Shown here: positions 10,087 through 17,873 of the stretch, one piece after another
How the letters are laid out: the number at the start of each line of letters is the position of its first letter
Position numbering within the stretch: position 1 is the stretch's first letter
NCBI GenBank assembly: GCA_046293555.1
Contig: JBKBOT010000026.1
Coordinates: 1 to 21,502, forward strand
Direction of reading: 5' to 3'
Source of the DNA: Pyrobaculum sp.
GTDB taxonomy: Archaea; Thermoproteota; Thermoprotei; Thermoproteales; Thermoproteaceae
Length of the DNA stretch: 21,502 nucleotides
The notes under the pieces: generated by a model
Told to the model about the DNA's origin: nothing
The model's input: only the letters and a program-made list of their open reading frames with translations
Databases searched by the model: none
Position numbers and translations under genes: made by a program

Positions 10087-11658
10087 GTGAAAAAAGCTGT
10101 GTTTTTTATACTTTTCCTATTGGCGTTAATTTTTCTAATTGCCTATTTTGATAAAAAGGAGGCGGGTTTAGAAAGTATCTCCCCCCAAAAAAAGCTTGAA
10201 AACATCCCAGAAAACTACCTGCCGCCAAAACTTCCGTGGGGGCTAGAGAGGGGCAGCGCCGAGAGTGACAATTTTTACCCCTCCACACTTCCAAGAAAGC
10301 CAAAAGTAGTCTTTGTGGCTAACATCTCTGCAAATGTCGGCGGGAGGCTAGCCACCGCCGTTGTTGAAAGAGATAAAATTTTTCTAGCCGACAGCCGGGG
10401 GGTCTACGCCCTTAGAAGAGACGACGGCTCTTTAATCTGGGGCGTAGAGATATATCTCGACAACCTTTACGAAAGAAAAACCTCCCACCCACAGCCAGTA
10501 GAGAAGTGGAAAGCTTTAGGCCTGCAGAAGTTTGTCAAAACTTATGGAGTGGGGAAACACCTCTATGTAGCCACCACGTCAGATAAAGGAGAGGCCTATC
10601 TCCTCGCCTTTGATAAAGACACAGGCGACCTCATGTGGAAAACCGCGCTTAAGCCCGGCGGCCTGCCTCCCACCACAGATCTTGTGGTGACAGAGGGGAG
10701 AGTTTACGTAAGTAGCGGGGGTTATATCTACTGCGTCTCTGAAGACGGCCTCCTCCTCTGGCGTAGCGAAGTTGAGACAGAGGCCAGAGGCTTAGCCTAC
10801 GGCGGCGAGATGTTATTTGTAACATCCTCTAAGAAGCTTTATGCACTTGATGCAAAAACTGGCGAAGTTCTTTGGGTTTTTAAACACGACAACGTCTTAG
10901 CCACGCCGTCTTACAGAAGAGAAAAAATAATCCTATCTGACCTAGAGGGAGCCCTCCTGGCGCTTTCTAAAGACGGAAAACTTCTCTGGAAAAACCACCT
11001 GGGGGACGGAGGCCTCCACCTTGCGGTAAATACCCAAAATATCTTTGCGGCGGGGAGGGGAGTAAGTATCTTCACGCTAGATGGGGAAGCTAGGGGAAAC
11101 TTTACAACAGATGGCGAAGAGGGAGGAAGGCCGGTGGCGTCACGAGACGTGGTTATCCTGCCTGTGGCGAGACGTGGCGAGGGCAAGATCTACTTACTGT
11201 GGCGTGGTTGGGCAAAACTCGCCGAATTTATTTTTGACAACCAGGAGGTGTGGACGCCTACAGTCAGCGCCGCCTATGGTGAAATATATGTAGTTCCAAA
11301 TCCAAACCAGTTATACAAACTAGCCGACGTGGAAAAACCCCAGATAGCCGCCGTAGAGGCCAAGCTACAGAACAACACCTTAGTTCTCTATGTAAAGGCT
11401 TATGACGAGGGAAGCGCCATATATAAAGTCCTCCTAGCCTATAGCATAAACAACTCGCCATGGGGCTATATAGAGATGGAAATTGCAAAAAGATACGTCA
11501 CAGAGCCCACCGGCGGTTATGGCCTTAGAGAAGAAGACTACATAACCGCAATAGAGGCACAACCAGGCTCAACTATAGAATTTTACATCGTGGCTATAGA
11601 CAACTCTGGAAATTACGAAATTTCAAAAAACTACGCCTACCGCATCTCCCAACAATAA
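10087..11658 (+). CDS. Membrane-anchored PQQ-like beta-propeller repeat protein with probable C-terminal Ig-like domain
   Basis: Repeats ALRRDDGSLIW, AFDKDTGDLMW, ALDAKTGEVLW, ALSKDGKLLW; N-terminal KK plus TM; C-terminal EFYIVAIDNSGN. Start GTG 10087, 1 nt after the upstream stop. Confidence 0.85.
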   Translation: MKKAVFFILFLLALIFLIAYFDKKEAGLESISPQKKLENIPENYLPPKLPWGLERGSAESDNFYPSTLPRKPKVVFVANISANVGGRLATAVVERDKIFLADSRGVYALRRDDGSLIWGVEIYLDNLYERKTSHPQPVEKWKALGLQKFVKTYGVGKHLYVATTSDKGEAYLLAFDKDTGDLMWKTALKPGGLPPTTDLVVTEGRVYVSSGGYIYCVSEDGLLLWRSEVETEARGLAYGGEMLFVTSSKKLYALDAKTGEVLWVFKHDNVLATPSYRREKIILSDLEGALLALSKDGKLLWKNHLGDGGLHLAVNTQNIFAAGRGVSIFTLDGEARGNFTTDGEEGGRPVASRDVVILPVARRGEGKIYLLWRGWAKLAEFIFDNQEVWTPTVSAAYGEIYVVPNPNQLYKLADVEKPQIAAVEAKLQNNTLVLYVKAYDEGSAIYKVLLAYSINNSPWGYIEMEIAKRYVTEPTGGYGLREEDYITAIEAQPGSTIEFYIVAIDNSGNYEISKNYAYRISQQ

Positions 11659-12094
11659 ACCTAAGAAACGACAATACACCCCACATAGCTAGCCACTCAC
11701 TAAAAGCCCCCCAGAGCTGCCTTGAGGCAACACCTAGAGAGAGCCATGCATAATGTTCCAGAGCACCCATCACGAGAGTAAAATACCTACCTGATATACA
11801 ACAAGAAAAACCCATATCAGACTTAAGGGATCTCTAACAGCTGGCGTCAGTTTACAAAGCCACCCCGCCGCCGGCATGTTTAACACAAGGGTAATCCCCA
11901 TGACGACAAGCCTCTGGACATTTTCAGACCCTCTTGCCCAACTAACTAAAGAAACCAACTAAATAAATACAAAACCGCGACGGATATGCAAAGACATATA
12001 AAATGCAACAAGTTTTAACCTTTACCCCAATAGTACATATTTCTATATACATTTCTAGGTTTTTCTATATCGGTTTTGTAGACGGCAGATCTCT

Positions 12095-12389
12095 TCGCCG
12101 TGTTTTTTCGCCGTGTTAGAGGGTGCCCCCTAACACAGCAACCCGCCAGACAACACGCCGCCGATAGAACTTTGTAAAGTGTGGCGTACCTCCCGTTTTT
12201 CTTTATAACGTAAGCTTTATATATTGATTTTACATTTGTCTACCCCCCTCGCCGTGTTAAAGCATTTAAAAAACGTCGTGCAACTTCCTCTTTACTTTTG
12301 TATACTATATATCGGTAAAGGGGATATGTGTATTTGTAAAGAGTTATCCAATTTATAAAACGTCGTGCAGCTTGAACCACGACGTCGAC
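12095..12389. repeat. Cluster of short direct and inverted repeats
   Basis: TCGCCGTGTT x3 (12095, 12108, 12249); imperfect IR 12110-12139; 23-mer ATTTAwAAAACGTCGTGCArCTT x2 (12264, 12351; 21/23 identical); 8-bp IR ACGTCGTG/CACGACGT (12360-12385). Confidence 0.8.
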
Positions 12390-12617
12390 GCCGAGACAAA
12401 CTGTCACGATGTAGACCACTCAAAAAATAACGGCGTGCCGAAAGAAATTAGAAAAACTTTGAAACTAGGCAAACACAGAAAAAGCCATGCGGCGTGTAAA
12501 ACCCCAAGACAGCGAGAGAAAAACTTAAAAACCCCCAAAAACAATTATCCAGAAACCCCAGAATCTCAAAGAGAGGATTGAAAGACGGCCATGTCCACGG
12601 GCTGGCCCTTCTAGCCT

Positions 12618-12874
12618 CACGCCATTGGCGTGGACTATATCCTTTTTCTTTTTCTCTCTCAACCCCGGGGGATGTGCCCCCGGGGGGCTTAGCCCCCGTC
12701 TGGCCCCACGCCAATGGTGAGTGTATCCTAATTCTCTATCTTTATCTCTAGCCACCCACCACGGGGGCGGCTGACTCCACGCCATCGTTATCAGGGGATC
12801 TTTCTTTCTCTCTTTTTCTTTCTCTCTTAGCCCTGGGGATGTGCCCCCGTGGGGCTAACCCCCATCTTACGCCA
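12618..12874. repeat. Two diverged copies of a pyrimidine-tract plus GC-rich hairpin unit
   Basis: Exact core GGGGATGTGCCCCCG at 12668 and 12835, each preceded by CTTTTTCTT..TCTCTC and followed by GGGGCT..CCCCC..ACGCCA. Confidence 0.8.
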
Positions 12875-12937
12875 CTGCCCTGACGCCGTATTTGTGATAT
12901 AAGTGTATTACATGTGTATTACGTTTTGAGAGACATC

Positions 12938-12950
12938 ACTGTTATAAATA
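12938..12950 (+). promoter_or_regulatory. Island promoter, copy 1 (extended TATA only)
   Basis: ACTGTTATAAATA 30 nt before ATG 12968; 12938-12962 is identical (25 nt) to 15608-15632. Confidence 0.8.
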
Positions 12951-12967
12951 TGGACGTTTCTATAGAC

Positions 12968-14101
12968 ATGGCCCAAACTCAAACCCCAGAACAAACAGTT
13001 GATCAACAAACGGTTATGAAGGATGTATGGCAGTTGATACGTAAGGACGTTGCTAATGTATTAGCCACAGAGCTTGACGAGGAAATTGCAAACGAATGTA
13101 CTGAGGCATTTTCATACTGTAGAACCGCGATTACGGGGTTGTGGATGGATTGGGATGGCGATGGTCCTGGTAAAAATGATCAGTTTGTGATGGATGTCAG
13201 ATGCGGCGATTATGATTGGCTAGAAGAGACGCTTTGTCATAATGAAGAAGATGATGAAGAAGGCGAGAAGGATGAAGAGGGTAGAGGGAGGAAACTCGGA
13301 GATATTTACGTCAATGTTAACGCTATTGACGTTGCTGTTGAATATATACTTGACTACTACAACCTGCCCCTCACAGAGGACGAATTGCTATACGCCATGT
13401 ACAAAGTAGCGCAAGAAGATGCCAACCTTGTGGCGCACATGGTGGCATACACTGCCGTGACGCCTATTTTGAGCTGGGCTAACGATCATGAGAAGCTGGG
13501 TGAGGCTGATGAATATGTGCGACAGTTTGCCGGTAAAGTTGTCGAAATGGGATTATACAATTATCCAGAGCTGCGTGAGTACGCCGATGGCATGGAGCCC
13601 GAGGAGGGTATATTTGTCCGCTTGACGGCTAACGGCCTCGATGACGTTTTCAGAAAAATAACTCCACAGTTTGCAAATGTATATCGTTATGCTAGGCCAG
13701 ATTCGGGTGAATGTTGGATATACTTCCATGATACAATAAGAATATGTAAAGACGAAAGTGAAGATAATAGATATGGGAGATTCACATACAAGGTCACAGT
13801 GGAGCACGATGGTCATACGTATAGTTATTACATCGATCCCTTGGATTTCACCAAGGTCATCGTGGAGACATTTAGCTATATATTCGACGTGGGGTACGTG
13901 GAGATGAGTAGAGCTCTCAGGAGGTTCATCGACGAGAACCCACGGTATGTTGTACCGATGGTGGAATATGCAATCGCCAAAAGGTGGCGTGATTTAAAAC
14001 TAACGCCTAGTGAGGAAGTGATTAAATACATCGACAAGTTTGAAGAATTTTTAGACAAATACATCGGCGTTGAGGAAGACGTTGAGGAAGATCAACAATA
14101 A
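12968..14101 (+). CDS. Acidic hypothetical protein (377 aa), probably two copies of a domain shared with 15638-16231
   Basis: Start moved to ATG 12968 on promoter spacing; D/E-rich (NEEDDEEGEKDEEG, EEDVEEDQQ); followed by a pyrimidine tract. Confidence 0.85.
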   Translation: MAQTQTPEQTVDQQTVMKDVWQLIRKDVANVLATELDEEIANECTEAFSYCRTAITGLWMDWDGDGPGKNDQFVMDVRCGDYDWLEETLCHNEEDDEEGEKDEEGRGRKLGDIYVNVNAIDVAVEYILDYYNLPLTEDELLYAMYKVAQEDANLVAHMVAYTAVTPILSWANDHEKLGEADEYVRQFAGKVVEMGLYNYPELREYADGMEPEEGIFVRLTANGLDDVFRKITPQFANVYRYARPDSGECWIYFHDTIRICKDESEDNRYGRFTYKVTVEHDGHTYSYYIDPLDFTKVIVETFSYIFDVGYVEMSRALRRFIDENPRYVVPMVEYAIAKRWRDLKLTPSEEVIKYIDKFEEFLDKYIGVEEDVEEDQQ

Positions 14102-14160
14102 CCCCTCTTTTTTCCCACCCTCCTTTTTCTCTCATTCCCCTAGCCCACTCTTTTTTCTTT
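14102..14160 (+). terminator. Pyrimidine-rich terminator
   Basis: TAA-CCCCTCTTTTTTCCCACCCTCCTTTTTCTCTC directly after the stop. Confidence 0.6.
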
Positions 14161-14318
14161 AGTTCATTAACCTTGCTATATCCTAAATCTTTCTCTCCCT
14201 CTCCCAGGCTGTGAGTTATCTCTCTCTTTTAACCCCCCTTTTCTACATCGGTGTGTTACGTCAGTTGTCTATATGCGCCATTGGCGCCTCTTTGTATATA
14301 TCAAAATTGTCCCGGCCA

Positions 14319-14363
14319 AAGTTATGTAATATCTCTACTTGTCGAACTTGACTGTTATAAATA
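14319..14363 (+). promoter_or_regulatory. Island promoter, copy 2 (full)
   Basis: AAGTTATGTAATATCTCTACTTGTCGAACTTGACTGTTATAAATA; 40/45 identical to 15576-15620. Confidence 0.85.
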
Positions 14364-14380
14364 ACTGCATTTAAAATTCC

Positions 14381-15487
14381 ATGGATTGGGTATATGATAT
14401 AAAGGCAGCTAGAGAGGTGGTGAATAGTGGTAAATTCAGCGTTGTTACCCACGGCGGCGTGGCCCATATGGATGACCTGCTTGCATCGGCCCTTCTGTAC
14501 AAACACACAGAAGCTGTGTACAGGCTGAATAGTTACGATGAAGTTGTTAGTGTGCCCGGCAACGTCCTCCTTGTGGACTTCGGCGATGCGTTTAGAGACA
14601 GGCTGCCGGAACGTTTCGCCGTGCTTGACCACCACGGCGCGCCGGATCCAGCCGCAGAACCATCATCCATAGTGCAGGTAGCAATGCTTCTAGATGTAAA
14701 ATCATCACCAATGGTGGTCACATTGACACATTTCGTAGACCTATTCGACCGTTTTGGAGTCTCTGTGAAGAAAATCGCAGGGCACTACGGCAGCTCTATG
14801 AACTTCGCCTTCACAAAATACTTTAGTGATTTCCACGGCCGTGTTTCAGACAGAATGTTAGAGTTATTGTCAGAAGCATATATGTCGAAAGTCGACGTGG
14901 GGTATGTCGAACTCTTCAACGCGTTTCAAATAGTGGAGAGACTGCCATACGGCCATCTGACTGAGATATTCCAACAAACCTTCACCCTGCTTAGACTTAT
15001 GCAGCGTGCCGCCAGAGACCCCTCTGTGGCTCTATCAAAAGAGGCTATCAACATCGGTTTTGGTATCGACTTCGGCTGTTATGCTGTGCTGGCAGTTCCG
15101 GAGCTTGAGCGTTATGCTCTCCAGGGTCTTGACAGATACTTCTCAGACGCCAAACGCGCTGCAGAGACAATTGTTAATAACAACTACATCGAGATAAAAC
15201 ATGGCGATATTACCGCTATCGCCATAGAGGACGCACTGCCGCCCATTTTACTTTGGCAGGCTTTGCAAGATTTAGACCGTGTGGAGAGTCCTACATTCGT
15301 TGTTGTAAGAGACTTAAGGAACCCTGGTGCGTATGCCGTCTGGAGGCCAAACGTATATGCGAACAAGATAGACTTCCGAAAGCTGTCCGGCGATTCTGTT
15401 ATCTTCAAACACAACACGGGCTTTATGGCTGTGGTAAAAGCAAAAAGCGCCGAGGAGGCGGCACGGCTTGTCTCACAACAGCTCTAA
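14381..15487 (+). CDS. MYG1-like (UPF0160) DHH-superfamily metal-dependent hydrolase/exonuclease
   Basis: VVTHGGVAHMDDLLASALL (MYG1 THxGxxHxD), LLVDFG, VLDHH, FVDLFD, and C-terminal IFKHNTGFMA (MYG1 FxHxxGF). Confidence 0.8.
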   Translation: MDWVYDIKAAREVVNSGKFSVVTHGGVAHMDDLLASALLYKHTEAVYRLNSYDEVVSVPGNVLLVDFGDAFRDRLPERFAVLDHHGAPDPAAEPSSIVQVAMLLDVKSSPMVVTLTHFVDLFDRFGVSVKKIAGHYGSSMNFAFTKYFSDFHGRVSDRMLELLSEAYMSKVDVGYVELFNAFQIVERLPYGHLTEIFQQTFTLLRLMQRAARDPSVALSKEAINIGFGIDFGCYAVLAVPELERYALQGLDRYFSDAKRAAETIVNNNYIEIKHGDITAIAIEDALPPILLWQALQDLDRVESPTFVVVRDLRNPGAYAVWRPNVYANKIDFRKLSGDSVIFKHNTGFMAVVKAKSAEEAARLVSQQL

Positions 15488-15550
15488 CCCCCGTTTTTTC
15501 AAACCTCTTCTTTTTCTATTTTTGTCTATTTACGCCATCTCTCTTTCTTT
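15488..15550 (+). terminator. Pyrimidine-rich terminator
   Basis: TAA-CCCCCGTTTTTTCAAACCTCTTCTTTTTCT. Confidence 0.6.
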
Positions 15551-15575
15551 ATACATATCCAAACTGCTCTTGCTG

Positions 15576-15620
15576 AAGTTGTGTAATATCTCTAACTGTC
15601 GAACGTAACTGTTATAAATA
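15576..15620 (+). promoter_or_regulatory. Island promoter, copy 3 (full)
   Basis: AAGTTGTGTAATATCTCTAACTGTCGAACGTAACTGTTATAAATA; motifs at -55/-40/-30 to ATG 15638. Confidence 0.85.
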
Positions 15621-15637
15621 TGGACGTTTCTAATAAC

Positions 15638-16231
15638 ATGGCTCAAACAGAACAAATAACACAAGTACAACAGACAGTACAAACGATATTAAAACACTGG
15701 AAGTCCATTAAGCCGCATATTGCCGATGTTTTCAGGGAAAATGAATATGACGAGCGTGTGTTAGATGCAAATGAGGAGGATAACAAATGGGTTGGCATCT
15801 ACGTTGTAGAGGGTAATGAAACTCCGCCCGAGAATGCTAAACTCGCAGTTAAGATCAGCTGTGGTAGATATGTAAAGTACATATTACCTAAAGAGCTCTA
15901 TGGTGACGAAGAGGAGGTTGAAATAAGTTGTAAAGGCGGTTTTAAAATCTACATAGACCTACAGCGGTTTGTAGAGGCTGTCGCAGGTTTTGTAGCAGAT
16001 GAGCTAGAAGTTGAGGAAGGCGATGTATTAAAAAAGCTTGAATTCCTTGCGCAACATTACCCACGGCAATTCGCTGAGATAGTTGTACCAATCGCAATCG
16101 CCTTGGGCCCCGACGTCGAGGCCGACTTACAACCAGATGCTTATTATCACGCCTTTGGTCTCATATGCCGAGAGTTATCCCTTGAAGCCGAAGTCTGTGA
16201 GGAGGTTGAAAAACATCCATTTTCTAAATAA
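15638..16231 (+). CDS. Acidic hypothetical protein (197 aa), paralog of 12968-14101
   Basis: Same 5' flank and MAQT..QQTV N-terminus; KISCGRY vs DVRCGDY; start by promoter spacing. Confidence 0.85.
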   Translation: MAQTEQITQVQQTVQTILKHWKSIKPHIADVFRENEYDERVLDANEEDNKWVGIYVVEGNETPPENAKLAVKISCGRYVKYILPKELYGDEEEVEISCKGGFKIYIDLQRFVEAVAGFVADELEVEEGDVLKKLEFLAQHYPRQFAEIVVPIAIALGPDVEADLQPDAYYHAFGLICRELSLEAEVCEEVEKHPFSK

Positions 16232-16325
16232 ACCCTTTTTTCAACCCCCCTTTTTCTCTCTTTTCTTTCCACCCTCTTTTCTCATTTTTTTAAAAAAAAA
16301 GTAGGGTGGATGGGGGAGAAAAAAT
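16232..16325. terminator. Bidirectional terminator region between convergent genes
   Basis: Pyrimidine tract then T7 (16285-16291) abutting A9 (16292-16300), followed by a purine tract. Confidence 0.6.
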
Positions 16326-16613
16326 TTATGTTTTTGATAGGAAGTGTTGTATTACCGAGTCGGAGGCGGCGCCTGCAAGCTGGAATAATAAGTACATAAG
16401 AAGGAGGAATGCGATGAACTTCAAAAGCTCGCGCTGTATGTCCTTCTTTCTACTTTTCCTCCTGCCGTTTTTCTTACTTCTGCTTTCCCTTTTGCCATTT
16501 TTCACAACCTTTACGCTTGTGACTATGCCGTTTTCTCCCCTCTTGCCGTTTTTCTTTTTGTCGTTTACAACTACGACGACACTCTCCCCATCCTTTTCCT
16601 TTTTCTTTTCCAT
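16326..16613 (-). CDS. Small Lys/Arg-rich protein with C-terminal TM helix (95 aa)
   Basis: Very basic N-terminus and LLKFIAFLLLMYLLFQLAG helix; minus-strand TATATAAATA at -27 and GTAATATC at exactly -55 as in the other island promoters. Confidence 0.7.
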   Translation of the reverse strand: MEKKKEKDGESVVVVVNDKKKNGKRGENGIVTSVKVVKNGKRESRSKKNGRRKSRKKDIQRELLKFIAFLLLMYLLFQLAGAASDSVIQHFLSKT

Positions 16614-16630
16614 GTTTTTAATACTGTGTG

Positions 16631-16668
16631 TATTTATATACGTGTTGTTCTGTTTTTGTCGATATTAC
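16631..16668 (-). promoter_or_regulatory. Island promoter variant on minus strand
   Basis: GTAATATC (16668-16661) at -55 and TATATAAATA (16640-16631) before ATG 16613. Confidence 0.65.
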
Positions 16669-16739
16669 CTACGTCTTTGGCCGGATGTTGCTTGTGGCTT
16701 GATGTGTCTGCCGCCGTATGTTCGGCATCCTCGTCTATA

Positions 16740-16784
16740 GTCGTATGTAATATCTCTATCCGTCGAACTTCACTGTTATAAATA
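16740..16784 (+). promoter_or_regulatory. Island promoter, copy 4 (full)
   Basis: GTCGTATGTAATATCTCTATCCGTCGAACTTCACTGTTATAAATA; -55/-40/-30 to ATG 16802. Confidence 0.85.
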
Positions 16785-16801
16785 CACATACATTTATTGT
16801 T

Positions 16802-17368
16802 ATGTTAAACACAATCCCTGGAATAAAAATCGCTAATGTTCAAAAGCTTAAACAAACAAATGAGCTCCCCATCTTGTGGCTGGGGGAGAAAAACGTGGCA
16901 ATTAACGCCAGCGGTTTTGGCTACATGGTCGAAGTGCCACACAACGTTTTTGCCAAGTTTGGACTCACGTGGAACAACGCGGTATATCCAAAGCTGCCCT
17001 ACGTGACTGCAGTTCAATACGTCGAGAGGGTCATCGGGGCCGTCAAGCCGTTTGCCCCCGGCGTCTACATCGTGGCCGGGGGGGTGCCGCCTATGGTCGT
17101 CAAGGCGGAAAACGTCATAAAGGTACACAGGAAAAACATAACCACAGCCACATCTCGCCACGGCCACATCATCGTACCATCTGGGATTGGCAACACGGCA
17201 AACGCGGTTGTGGGCAGGCCTGTAGACCTCTTTACAAATGTTGTGGACACCACAAACATGAAGGCCATACTGTACGTGCCCCCGGTGCGCCTGCTTGTGT
17301 TATGCGGCGAAATTTACGCGGTGCCCAAGGGCGAGAAGATTCCCAACTTCGACGAGGTGCCATGCTAG
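16802..17368 (+). CDS. Hypothetical protein (188 aa)
   Basis: ATG at conserved promoter distance; protein-like composition; no family recognised. Confidence 0.8.
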   Translation: MLNTIPGIKIANVQKLKQTNELPILWLGEKNVAINASGFGYMVEVPHNVFAKFGLTWNNAVYPKLPYVTAVQYVERVIGAVKPFAPGVYIVAGGVPPMVVKAENVIKVHRKNITTATSRHGHIIVPSGIGNTANAVVGRPVDLFTNVVDTTNMKAILYVPPVRLLVLCGEIYAVPKGEKIPNFDEVPC

Positions 17369-17748
17369 CCAGCACAGTTGTTGAGTACAGCAAACCACTC
17401 CCCGTATTGTTATTAAAAGAAGATAGAGTGGCCACGGCTGGCTTTGGCTATGCGGTGAGGTTTATAACAGATAGAGACCCCGGCGAGCTCTACATTGCTG
17501 TGTACTACACATTGTTAAAAACGTCTAATTTGTGTATCGCTTATTTTGACTCGCTTAATAACAAGATTAGAAAGAGTAAAAGATGTGTTGATTACGGACG
17601 TGACATAAAGGCGAGAAGGCGTTTGTATTTCCACGAGAGGCGACGGCCGTATGATGTGTATTTACACATAAGAGCAAATGATTATATAGGCATAGCGGGC
17701 GATTGGCATAATCAGGACTTCACGTCATACGTCTACATACTTCTCTAA
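17362..17748 (+). CDS. Hypothetical protein (128 aa), translationally coupled to and partly similar to the upstream gene
   Basis: ATG 17362 with SD-like GAGGTG (17354-17359), overlapping the upstream TAG; the longer ORF-track N-terminus is a shadow frame; followed by TAACCCCCCTTTTTC. Confidence 0.75.
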   Translation: MLASTVVEYSKPLPVLLLKEDRVATAGFGYAVRFITDRDPGELYIAVYYTLLKTSNLCIAYFDSLNNKIRKSKRCVDYGRDIKARRRLYFHERRRPYDVYLHIRANDYIGIAGDWHNQDFTSYVYILL

Positions 17749-17811
17749 CCCCCCTTTTTCCCTTCCCCCTCCCCCTCTTTTCTTTAACCTCTTTCCTCGA
17801 TTACATGTTTT

Positions 17812-17856
17812 GTCGTATGTAATATCTTTATCTGTCGATAGAAACCTTTATAAATA
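17812..17856 (+). promoter_or_regulatory. Island promoter, copy 5
   Basis: GTCGTATGTAATATCTTTATCTGTCGATAGAAACCTTTATAAATA; GTAATATC -55, GTCGA -40, TTATAAATA -26 to ATG 17874. Confidence 0.8.
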
Positions 17857-17873
17857 CTTACATTTTTACATCC

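Noticed and set aside
692-11488. Numerous ORF-track frames overlapping confident genes (e.g. 749-1198, 2735-3145, 6522-6953, 7107-7457, 9275-9520)
   Set aside because: Antisense or alternate-frame shadows of well-supported CDSs.
12372-12785. Short ORFs 12372-12581, 12448-12714 and 12525-12785
   Set aside because: Low-complexity translations across repeat DNA, with no clear start signals or recognisable motifs.
11660-12930. tRNA gene or tRNA-derived att site at the island border
   Set aside because: No cloverleaf or GTTC(A/G)AATC T-loop found by eye; the GC hairpins do not fit tRNA arms.
16306-16740. Phe/Leu-rich 144-aa plus-strand ORF
   Set aside because: Antisense shadow of the Lys-rich minus-strand gene, which has the promoter support.
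16969-17361. N-terminal 131 aa of the 259-aa ORF-track protein
   Set aside because: Out-of-frame overlap with 16802-17368 and Arg/Gly/His-rich shadow composition; the likely start is ATG 17362.
12938-17856. Repeated ~45-bp blocks as a CRISPR array or integron attC sites
   Set aside because: Spacing is gene-sized and irregular, the copies are not palindromic, and they sit at fixed distance from ATGs with a TATA box, so they are promoters.
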